56,666 nt of DNA from the sequence record SRR20825019_320; one strand, written 5' to 3'. The notes under the pieces are model-generated. The model saw only the letters and a list, made by a program, of their open reading frames with translations. It did no database searches and was not told the origin of the DNA. Below, piece after piece: positions 24,053 to 32,357 of this stretch. Made by a program: the position numbers and the translations under genes. Positions within the stretch are counted from its first letter, which is position 1. The number at the start of each line of letters is the position of its first letter.

Positions 24053-25489
24053 ATGAGCATAGATGTACTTATAATTGATGATGAAGAAGATATTAGGGAT
24101 TTAATATCTGATATATTACAAGAAGAGGGTTGTGATGTAAGAACTGCTAGTGATAGTGAGTCTACATTTATGCAGCTCGAGAAAAAAGTCCCTACTGCAA
24201 TAATATTAGATATATGGCTTCAAGGCAGTGATTTAGATGGTCTTGGTATACTTGAGCAGATTAGAAAGAAATATCCAATATTGCCTGTTGTAGTTATTAG
24301 TGGACACGGTACTATAGCAACAGCTGTTAGTGCAATTAAACTTGGTGCTTTTGATTATGTAGAGAAGCCTTTTACTCAAGAAAAATTATTAATAGCTTTA
24401 AAAAGATCTTGGGAGGCTGCAAAGCTTAAAAAAGAAAATCTTCAGTTAAAATCAAAAATTCTTGATAAAGCTGAGTTTATTGGTGAGTCTAAAAAAATCA
24501 CTAATTTAAAGCTTTCAATTAATAAAATTAGTAAAACGGATAAAAAATTTATAATAGAGGGGCCAATAGGTACTGGAAAAAAATTAGTTGCAAGACTTGT
24601 ACATAGGCAATCTAAAAGGGGCATGGGTCCTTTTATAGCATATACCCCAGTAGGAAAAGAAACATCTACCATAAATAAGGAGCTATTTGGAATGGTGGAT
24701 AAAAATAGTAAAGATCAACAAATGCAGCTTTCTGCAATTGAAAGGGCTAATAGGGGTACTTTATATATAGATGAGGTTTTATCTTTGCCTTCAAGTACTC
24801 AGGTATTATTATATAAGTTTTTAAAAGATCAGACACTTATAAATAAAAATAAGAAAAAAATTAAATTAGATGTTAGGCTAGTAGTTGGCTCATCCATTAA
24901 AATCTCAGAAGAAGTTAGGGAGAAAAGATTTAATCAAGAATTATATTCAGAAATTAAAGCTTTTAATGTTTACGTAAATTCTTTATCAGAAAGAAAGGAG
25001 GATATACCTGCTTTAATTGAACATTTTGTTAAAGAATTTTCGCGTTCATCAAGTCTTAAAATTGTGAAATTTTCACAAGATGCTCTTGCTGTATTGCAAA
25101 CATATGCATGGCCTTTAAATGTAAGGCAGCTTAAAAATTTAGTTGAGAGGGTGATGATACAAAACTCAATTTTTCTTGAGCAAAGTAATAAAGATGTAGC
25201 TAGTAAAAATAATATGATTACTTTAATCAAGAGTGCTATGTTACCTCATGAAATTTTAGGTCATAAAATAGCTATTTCTAAAAATGATGGAGCTGATTTT
25301 ATGTCGATGCCGTTAAAGGATGCAAGATTTGCATTTGAAAAGCAATATTTAATAGCTCAAGTTAAAAGATATTCATATAACATATCTCAAACTGCTAATT
25401 TTATAGGTATGGAAAGATCAGCCCTTCACAGAAAACTCAGGTTACTAGGACTTTCTTTGAGCAGCCTTGAGGAAGATAAGGGGTTATAG
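24053..25489 (+). CDS. ntrX: Response regulator NtrX (REC-AAA+-HTH)
   Basis: LIIDDE / LDIWLQGS receiver, GPIGTGK, LYIDEV, C-terminal GMERSALHRKL HTH. Confidence 0.95.
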   Translation: MSIDVLIIDDEEDIRDLISDILQEEGCDVRTASDSESTFMQLEKKVPTAIILDIWLQGSDLDGLGILEQIRKKYPILPVVVISGHGTIATAVSAIKLGAFDYVEKPFTQEKLLIALKRSWEAAKLKKENLQLKSKILDKAEFIGESKKITNLKLSINKISKTDKKFIIEGPIGTGKKLVARLVHRQSKRGMGPFIAYTPVGKETSTINKELFGMVDKNSKDQQMQLSAIERANRGTLYIDEVLSLPSSTQVLLYKFLKDQTLINKNKKKIKLDVRLVVGSSIKISEEVREKRFNQELYSEIKAFNVYVNSLSERKEDIPALIEHFVKEFSRSSSLKIVKFSQDALAVLQTYAWPLNVRQLKNLVERVMIQNSIFLEQSNKDVASKNNMITLIKSAMLPHEILGHKIAISKNDGADFMSMPLKDARFAFEKQYLIAQVKRYSYNISQTANFIGMERSALHRKLRLLGLSLSSLEEDKGL

Positions 25490-25514
25490 ATTAATTAATT
25501 TACTTAGATATAAA

Positions 25515-26423
25515 TTATTTAATATTTTCAACTTCATCTTTGAAGTTTTTCTCTTCTTGAACTATACCTTCGCCTAGTTGATAGCAGGTAAACTCTTTTA
25601 TTTTTATTTCTGAATTAAGATTTTTGGATTCATTATTAATAAATTCCTTAACCTTAATTTTACCATCCATTACTAGAGTTTGCTCTAGTAATACTGATTC
25701 TTCGTAGAATTTTCTGATTCTGCCATCTAGCATTTTTTCAATTATTGCATCTGGCTTTCCTGATGCCCTAGATTGCTCTCTTAATATATCTTTCTCTTTT
25801 TCTATAAGAGATGGGTCAAGACTATCAATATCTATTGAAGCTGGTCTGCATGCTGCAATATGCATAGCTAGCATTTTACCAATATTTTCAAGGCTAGATT
25901 TATCAGCTTGAGATTCTAAGCCTATTATTACTGCAATTTTACCCATTCCAGGAACTTCTTGGTTATGAATATATGAAACTACTACACCATTAGAAACTTC
26001 TATTTTATCCATACGTCTTAAGGTGATTTTTTCACCAATTACTGCGCTATTTTGAGAAATTTCTTCAAGTGTTTTAGTATTTGGTTTGATTTCAAATGAC
26101 AAAAGCTCGTCTAGATTACTTACATTAAAAGAAGCATCAGAGATTTTTGATACTAGTTCTTGGAATTGACTATTTCTTGCAACAAAATCAGTTTCTGAAT
26201 TTACTTCAATAACAATACCAGCATTATTATTAATTTTAGCAGCTACAAGACCTTCAGCTGCAACTCTTCCTGATTTCTTAGCAGCAAGTGATAAACCTTT
26301 TTTTCTGAGCCATTCTATAGCTTTTTCTACGTCGCCGTTATTTTCATCTAATGCTTTTTTGCAATCCATCATTGCAGCACCTGATTTTATTCTAAGTTCT
26401 TTTACTAATTTAGCATCTACCAT
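25515..26423 (-). CDS. tsf: Elongation factor Ts
   Basis: MMDCKKAL, EVNSETDFVA, LAMHIAA. Confidence 0.98.
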   Translation of the reverse strand: MVDAKLVKELRIKSGAAMMDCKKALDENNGDVEKAIEWLRKKGLSLAAKKSGRVAAEGLVAAKINNNAGIVIEVNSETDFVARNSQFQELVSKISDASFNVSNLDELLSFEIKPNTKTLEEISQNSAVIGEKITLRRMDKIEVSNGVVVSYIHNQEVPGMGKIAVIIGLESQADKSSLENIGKMLAMHIAACRPASIDIDSLDPSLIEKEKDILREQSRASGKPDAIIEKMLDGRIRKFYEESVLLEQTLVMDGKIKVKEFINNESKNLNSEIKIKEFTCYQLGEGIVQEEKNFKDEVENIK

Positions 26424-26489
26424 AATCTTATCCTTTAATAATGTTAATTTTATATTTGGTTAAATAATATATTTTTCTAGTTACTTTAC

Positions 26490-27572
26490 TTATTTAAATT
26501 CTTTTTTAGAAATATCAGTTTTTTCTTTTTTTGGCGCAAGAGCTGTTTTTTGTGATTTAGAATCTTTAGAATCTTTTACAGTATCCTGACTTGGTTTTGA
26601 TTTAACTTTTTTATCTTGTTTGGAAACTGGTTCTGATTTTGAAGATGATTCAGTTTTAGATTCTGAATCTGGTTTAGAAGTTTTTTTACTATTAGATTCT
26701 AAATCTTTTACTGTAGGGTTTTTGGGGGATGATTTACTAATTTTATCCTTTGCTTTTGGCTCATCAGTTTTAGATTTGGAATTATTTGCTTTTGTCTCTA
26801 GCTTTTTACTTTTGCTTATATTATGAACCATATCAGTGGAGTCATTTTTACCTATTTCTACACCAGCATTTGCAAGAGAATATTTGATTCCACTTAAAGC
26901 TGCTATTGAGAATAAGTTACAATATAATCTTATTGATTTAATAGCATCGTCATTTCCAGGAACAGGATATTCAACAGAATCAGGGTCTGAGTTAGTATCA
27001 ACAATACCTACAATAGGAATGCCTAGCTTTTTAGCTTCTTTAATAGCAATATGTTCTTTATTTGTATCTATTATAACAAGAAGGTCTGGTTTACCTCCCA
27101 TATTTCTAATACCACCAAGTGACTTTTGAAGTTTTTCTTGTTTTCTTGAGATATCTAGAATTTCTTTTTTAGTATATATTTCTTTTTTATCTTCATCACC
27201 CAAGATTTTTTCAAGATCTTCTAGTGTTTTTATAGATTTTTTTACTGTATCCCAGTTTGTTAGCATCCCTCCTAGCCACCTATGATTAACAAAATATTGG
27301 CTGGATTTTTCGGCAAATTCTTGAATTATTTCTGATGCATTAATTTTTGTTCCTACAAAAAGTACTTTACCATTTTGAGCTACAGTATCATGCACTATTT
27401 TAAGTGCAGATTTAAGCATTCTACTTGAATAATTAAGATCAATTACATGGCCTCCATTTCTAACTGAATGGATGTAAGGAGCCATTTTAGGGTTCCATCT
27501 TGATGATTTATGTCCAAAATGTACGCCTGCCTCTAAAAGGTCTTGTATTGAAAAGTCAAAAATATCTTCCAT
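26490..27572 (-). CDS. rpsB: 30S ribosomal protein S2 with long Lys/Ser-rich C-terminal tail
   Basis: [38 protein letters not shown]. Confidence 0.98.
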   Translation of the reverse strand: MEDIFDFSIQDLLEAGVHFGHKSSRWNPKMAPYIHSVRNGGHVIDLNYSSRMLKSALKIVHDTVAQNGKVLFVGTKINASEIIQEFAEKSSQYFVNHRWLGGMLTNWDTVKKSIKTLEDLEKILGDEDKKEIYTKKEILDISRKQEKLQKSLGGIRNMGGKPDLLVIIDTNKEHIAIKEAKKLGIPIVGIVDTNSDPDSVEYPVPGNDDAIKSIRLYCNLFSIAALSGIKYSLANAGVEIGKNDSTDMVHNISKSKKLETKANNSKSKTDEPKAKDKISKSSPKNPTVKDLESNSKKTSKPDSESKTESSSKSEPVSKQDKKVKSKPSQDTVKDSKDSKSQKTALAPKKEKTDISKKEFK

Positions 27573-27603
27573 AGTTTTAATATATTGTTAGTTAAATGTT
27601 TTA

Positions 27604-27640
27604 CACAAAGATACCCATAAGGGACCAACAAAACTTTGTG
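27604..27640 (-). promoter_or_regulatory. Structured rpsB leader hairpin (candidate S2 autoregulatory element)
   Basis: CACAAAG/CTTTGTG outer stem enclosing a CCC/GGG inner stem, 31 nt upstream of the rpsB start. Confidence 0.5.
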
Positions 27641-27660
27641 AGCTTATTATTTAACGCCAA

Positions 27661-27689
27661 TTGATAAAGTATTCTTTTAAAAAATGCAA
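27661..27689 (-). promoter_or_regulatory. Candidate sigma70 promoter of rpsB-tsf
   Basis: Minus strand TTGCAT-N17-TATCAA just upstream of the leader hairpin. Confidence 0.4.
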
Positions 27690-27875
27690 GTAAAAATTTA
27701 TTTACTGCTCAGATTATATACTATATTGATACTAAATATTGGTTATGTATAATCACATATTCAACAATTATTAGAAAATTTTATTAAAATAGTTTTAAAT
27801 ATTTAGCTTATATAGTAAATTTTTAAATATTAATAAATAATCTAAAGTAATAGATAAAAAATAGTAAATTTTATT

Positions 27876-28667
27876 ATGCTTAAACAATTTTTTAAAAATA
27901 ATTTTTTTCAAGCTTTAAAGGAGTTAAAATCATTAATAGTTATGTTATTTATAGCTATTTTAATTAGGACTTTTATTATAGAGGCATTTTACATACCTTC
28001 TGAATCAATGAACGATACTTTGCTTGAGGGAGATTATTTAATAGCTACAAAATATAGTTATGGAATTAGTAATTTTTCATTTCCTTTTAGTCCAAATCTA
28101 TTTAAAGGTAGATTTATTGCAAACGAGCCATTAAGGGGAGATGTTGTAATTTTTAAGTCTCGTCATGATAAATATCAAGATAGGTATATAAAAAGAGTTA
28201 TTGGACTTCCAGGGGATAAAATACAGATTAAGGATGGAATATTATATATAAATGATAGAGGGGTGGTTAACCGCTTCATTAAATCTATTACTAAAAGGCA
28301 GGGACTTGATAATTCAACTTATAATATGTATGAGGAAATATTACCAAATGGAAGAAAATATTTTATTTTGAAATTAGCTTCTATTGTTGAAGATTATGTT
28401 GGTACTTACAGGAATAATACTCCAGCCTATATAGTGCCAGTAGGTAAATATTTTGTTCTTGGAGATAATAGGGATAATTCTGGAGATAGTAGGTTTGATA
28501 TAGGTTATGTTGATGCAAATCATTTAATAGCAAAAGCAAGATTTATAATTTTTTCTTTTGAAAGTAGGTTATGGCTCAATAATTCTTCAATAGTTGAGCA
28601 AGTATTTCAGGTTCCTGTATGGTTAAGCTCATTTAGGTTAAATAGAGCATCTAAAGTTATAAAGTAG
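27876..28667 (+). CDS. lepB: Signal peptidase I
   Basis: IPSESM (Ser), YIKRVIGLPGD (Lys), GDNRDNSGDSR. Confidence 0.97.
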   Translation: MLKQFFKNNFFQALKELKSLIVMLFIAILIRTFIIEAFYIPSESMNDTLLEGDYLIATKYSYGISNFSFPFSPNLFKGRFIANEPLRGDVVIFKSRHDKYQDRYIKRVIGLPGDKIQIKDGILYINDRGVVNRFIKSITKRQGLDNSTYNMYEEILPNGRKYFILKLASIVEDYVGTYRNNTPAYIVPVGKYFVLGDNRDNSGDSRFDIGYVDANHLIAKARFIIFSFESRLWLNNSSIVEQVFQVPVWLSSFRLNRASKVIK

Positions 28668-28673
28668 CTAAAA

Positions 28674-29375
28674 ATGGATTATACTAAATATAGTATTTTA
28701 GAAGAAAAACTTGGATATATTTTTAAAGATAAGTCTTTGCTTAAGACTGCATTAACTCATCCTTCAATGAAACAAGAATTATCTTTTACTAATTATGAAA
28801 GACTTGAATTTTTAGGAGATGCTGTACTAAACATAATTATTACGGATAAGATATTTAATCAGTTTAGAGATCTAAATGAAGGTGATCTTGCTAAAATGAA
28901 ATCATATTTAGTTTCTAAAGATTCAATATATATTGTAGCAAATGATCTTGGTATAGAAGAATATATTGATATGACTTATGGAGAAGAAAATACTGGAGGA
29001 AGAGAGAATATAAATAATGTTGAAAATGTGACAGAAGCTGTTATAGCTGCTTTATATATTGATGGTGGTATGGAGCCTGCAAAAAATTTTATATGTAGAT
29101 ATTGGGCTAATCTAATAGAGAGTTATGATGAGGATAAATCTGATCCTAAAACTGCATTACAAAATATTACCCAAAAACTGGGATTTGGGCTTCCTGTGTA
29201 TAAAGTTATAAATAGAACTGGTCCTGATCATAGGCCCCTCTTTGAAGTTTCTTTAGAGGTTGCCGGTAAGGTTTTAGAGAATGCGTCAGCTGGGTCATTA
29301 AGGGCAGCTCAGAAGCTAGCCGCTGAAAAAGTAATAGCTTCTGACTTTTATAAAGATTTAAAATCTAAAATTTAA
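28674..29375 (+). CDS. rnc: Ribonuclease III
   Basis: ALTHPS, NYERLEFLGDAVL, dsRBD DPKTALQ...GPDH.P.F. Confidence 0.97.
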   Translation: MDYTKYSILEEKLGYIFKDKSLLKTALTHPSMKQELSFTNYERLEFLGDAVLNIIITDKIFNQFRDLNEGDLAKMKSYLVSKDSIYIVANDLGIEEYIDMTYGEENTGGRENINNVENVTEAVIAALYIDGGMEPAKNFICRYWANLIESYDEDKSDPKTALQNITQKLGFGLPVYKVINRTGPDHRPLFEVSLEVAGKVLENASAGSLRAAQKLAAEKVIASDFYKDLKSKI

Positions 29376-29710
29376 AATTTAATTTTTTATTATTTTAAAA
29401 ATTATCATAAAATTTAAAAATATATAGAACTTATTAGATATAAGTAACTTAAATATCAAATATTAATATCAAAAATTAAAAAAAATAATCAAATTTTAAA
29501 TTTAAAATAAGAAATTAATAACTCATTAATTTAAATTTACAGAATAAAGAATTTGAAAATAAATATTAATTATATATGTCTTTTATTGGGTCCTATGTTA
29601 TATTAACATTTTAATTTATCATTAATCATATATTAACAATTTATTTATATTAATTACTTTTATATATTAGTTTTAAATTTTATAAAATTGCAATCAAACA
29701 TATAAATATT

Positions 29711-31354
29711 ATGAGCCAAGAAAATTACATATACACAATGAAAGGTTTTAGTAAGTCTATTAATGGACGTAAAATAATAAAGGAAACTTGGCTTTCTTTT
29801 ATTGATGGGGCTAAAATTGGAGTTGTTGGCGAGAATGGTTCTGGTAAATCTACTCTTTTAAAGATTATGGCAGGAATAGATCAATCATATGATGGAGAAA
29901 TTTGGCAAAAAGAGGGTCTTAATATAGGCTATTTAGCTCAAGAGCCTGAGCTTGTTATGGGTAAAACTGTATATGAAAATATTCTTGAGGGTCTTGGCGC
30001 TAAGAAAAAATTACTTGATGAATTTAATGAAATAGGAGCAAAATTTGCATTACCTATGTCTGATTCTGAGATGGATGAATTGATGCAAAAACAAGCCACT
30101 CTTCAAGATGAGATTGATTCAGTGGGTGCTTGGGATATAGAAAGAGACATTGAAGTTGCAATGCAGTCGTTAAATATTCTAGAGAAAGATCAATTTGTAG
30201 ATAATTTATCAGGTGGAGAAAAAAGAAGGGTTGCATTATGTAAAATATTACTAAGTGCTCCTGATTTATTACTGCTTGATGAGCCTACTAACCATTTGGA
30301 TGCTTGGTCTGTATCGTGGATAGAAAATTATCTAAAAAGTTATAAGGGGGCAGTTGTTGTTGTAACTCATGATAGGTATTTTCTGGATAATGTTACTGAG
30401 TGGATATTAGAGCTAGATAATGGTGAATGTGTACCATGGCATAAAAATTATTCATCTTGGCTTCAAGAAAAGGTAAAACAGGAAAATTCTAATAGTGAAA
30501 TATATAAAGAAGAATATAAATGGTTAAAGCTTGGCAAAGAAGAAAGGGCTAGTGAAAAAGCTCAAAGAATATCTTCTTATAGTGAGAAATATTCTAAAAA
30601 AGATACAAGGCAAAATAGGAGGATTTTTATACCAAATGGTCCAAGGCTTGGGAATTTAGTCATAGAAGCTAAAAATATAAAAATGTCTTTTGAAAATAAA
30701 ACTCTATATGAAGATTTTAGTTTTAAGGTTCCAGCAGGTGCTGTTATTGGTGTTATTGGTCCAAATGGAACAGGTAAAACTACATTATTTGAGATAATAT
30801 CAGGGAAAACAAACCCAAAGGCTGGAGAGGTAAGGCTTGGAGAGACTGTGAAACTAGGATATGTTGATCAAGATAGAGATACGCTAGATCCAAACAATAC
30901 AGTTTGGGAGGAAATATCAGGTTCTCAGGAGGAGGTAGAAATTTCAGGGACATTAATTAAAACAAGAGCTTATTGTTCTTTTTTTGGTTTTAAGTCTGAT
31001 GCTCAACAGAAAAAAATATCTTCTTTATCAGGTGGTGAAAGGGGAAGGGTTCATATGGCAAAGTTACTTAAAAGTGGTTCTAACTTATTATTACTTGATG
31101 AACCATCTAATGATTTGGATATAAGTACATTAAGATTACTTGAATCTGCTATAAGAAATTTTGCAGGATGTGCTATTGTTATTAGTCATGATAGGTGGTT
31201 TTTAGATAGAATAGCTACTCATTTAATATCATTTGAGGAAGAACAACCTGTTTGGTTTGAGGGTGGGTTTCAGGAATATGCTGATTATTTAGTAAAAACC
31301 AAATCATTAGATATTACAAGTTCAAACTTTAGGCATAAAAAATTCTCAATATGA
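29711..31354 (+). CDS. ettA: Energy-dependent translational throttle protein (ABC-F)
   Basis: Two ABC cassettes (GENGSGKS/LSGGE/LLDEPTNHLD; GPNGTGKT/LSGGE/LDEPSND), IPNGPRLG, ISHDRWFLDRIATH. Confidence 0.93.
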   Translation: MSQENYIYTMKGFSKSINGRKIIKETWLSFIDGAKIGVVGENGSGKSTLLKIMAGIDQSYDGEIWQKEGLNIGYLAQEPELVMGKTVYENILEGLGAKKKLLDEFNEIGAKFALPMSDSEMDELMQKQATLQDEIDSVGAWDIERDIEVAMQSLNILEKDQFVDNLSGGEKRRVALCKILLSAPDLLLLDEPTNHLDAWSVSWIENYLKSYKGAVVVVTHDRYFLDNVTEWILELDNGECVPWHKNYSSWLQEKVKQENSNSEIYKEEYKWLKLGKEERASEKAQRISSYSEKYSKKDTRQNRRIFIPNGPRLGNLVIEAKNIKMSFENKTLYEDFSFKVPAGAVIGVIGPNGTGKTTLFEIISGKTNPKAGEVRLGETVKLGYVDQDRDTLDPNNTVWEEISGSQEEVEISGTLIKTRAYCSFFGFKSDAQQKKISSLSGGERGRVHMAKLLKSGSNLLLLDEPSNDLDISTLRLLESAIRNFAGCAIVISHDRWFLDRIATHLISFEEEQPVWFEGGFQEYADYLVKTKSLDITSSNFRHKKFSI

Positions 31355-31701
31355 TAGAATTATCTAAGTATGAGATATTGGTATCTATTATAGTAATTTT
31401 GGTAATAATAAGACCAGAAGATATTCCGTTTATCATAAAGCAGTTAAAGGTTATATTAAATCAGATAAGGAAATTTAAAAATATAATCAGTGATTTTTTT
31501 GAATCTTTTGATGATATTGAACCTGAAAAGATGAATCTTGATAATCAAGATACTATAAATTTCTATATATCAAGAATTGCAGAAACTGGAGCAACATATA
31601 AAGGCAAATATGAACTTAAAGCGATAAAAAAATATTATTTTAAGCGGCTTGAGTTGATTAAAAAAATAGAAGATGATAGAAATATATCATCTAAAAATTA
31701 G
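31351..31701 (+). CDS. TatB-like / Rickettsiales DUF2672-like small membrane protein
   Basis: N-terminal TM with E(x)n-P-E-D-I-P hinge followed by an amphipathic helix; C-terminal INFY...Y.G.Y.L..IKKYY; ATGA overlap with ettA. Confidence 0.55.
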   Translation: MIELSKYEILVSIIVILVIIRPEDIPFIIKQLKVILNQIRKFKNIISDFFESFDDIEPEKMNLDNQDTINFYISRIAETGATYKGKYELKAIKKYYFKRLELIKKIEDDRNISSKN

Positions 31702-31876
31702 TATTTAAATTTTCTTAATAATTTGAAGCAAAATATATTGACTAAGTAATTTTTTAAAAATGCTCTATGAAAGGATCAGTTTCTAAAAAATTAGTGATAT
31801 TTTTATATAATTAATTTGATTTTTTTTAAGTGATTGTTTAATTTGAGATTATTAATAATTTTAAGGTAGTTTAGTT

Positions 31877-32332
31877 ATGGTTTTAGAAGTAGGGGATTCA
31901 GCTCCAGTTTTTAGCGGGGCAAGTTTACATGATTTAAATTATGATTTTAATGGAAAATCTGATAAGGCATTATTGATATTTTTCTATCCAAAGGATAATA
32001 CTCCTGGCTGTACGGTCGAGGCAAAAGAATTTAGTGATTTAAAAGATGAATTTATGGCTAAGAATATTGAGCTTTTAGGAATATCACCAGATAATATTAA
32101 TTTACACAAGAATTTTACAGCAAAGCATAATTTAACCGTTAATTTATTTAGTGATTTAGATTCTAAAGTTTGTGATTTATATGGTGTATGGAAACAAAAA
32201 TCCATGTTTGGTAAGAAATATATGGGAGTTGAAAGGACAAGTTTTTTAATAGGTTCAAATGGAAATATTTTAAATATATGGAGAAAGGTTAAGCCTATTG
32301 GACATGCTAGGGAGATATTGGATTCAGTATGA
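31877..32332 (+). CDS. bcp: Peroxiredoxin, BCP/PrxQ family
   Basis: FFYPKDNTPGCTVEA peroxidatic Cys motif, GVERTSFLI, GHA. Confidence 0.95.
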   Translation: MVLEVGDSAPVFSGASLHDLNYDFNGKSDKALLIFFYPKDNTPGCTVEAKEFSDLKDEFMAKNIELLGISPDNINLHKNFTAKHNLTVNLFSDLDSKVCDLYGVWKQKSMFGKKYMGVERTSFLIGSNGNILNIWRKVKPIGHAREILDSV

Positions 32333-32357
32333 TTTTTTCTATTTTTATTAAATATCA

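Noticed and set aside
24660-24730. NtrX AAA+ domain lacks the GAFTGA sigma54-contact loop
   Set aside because: Already known for the NtrX subfamily, so not novel
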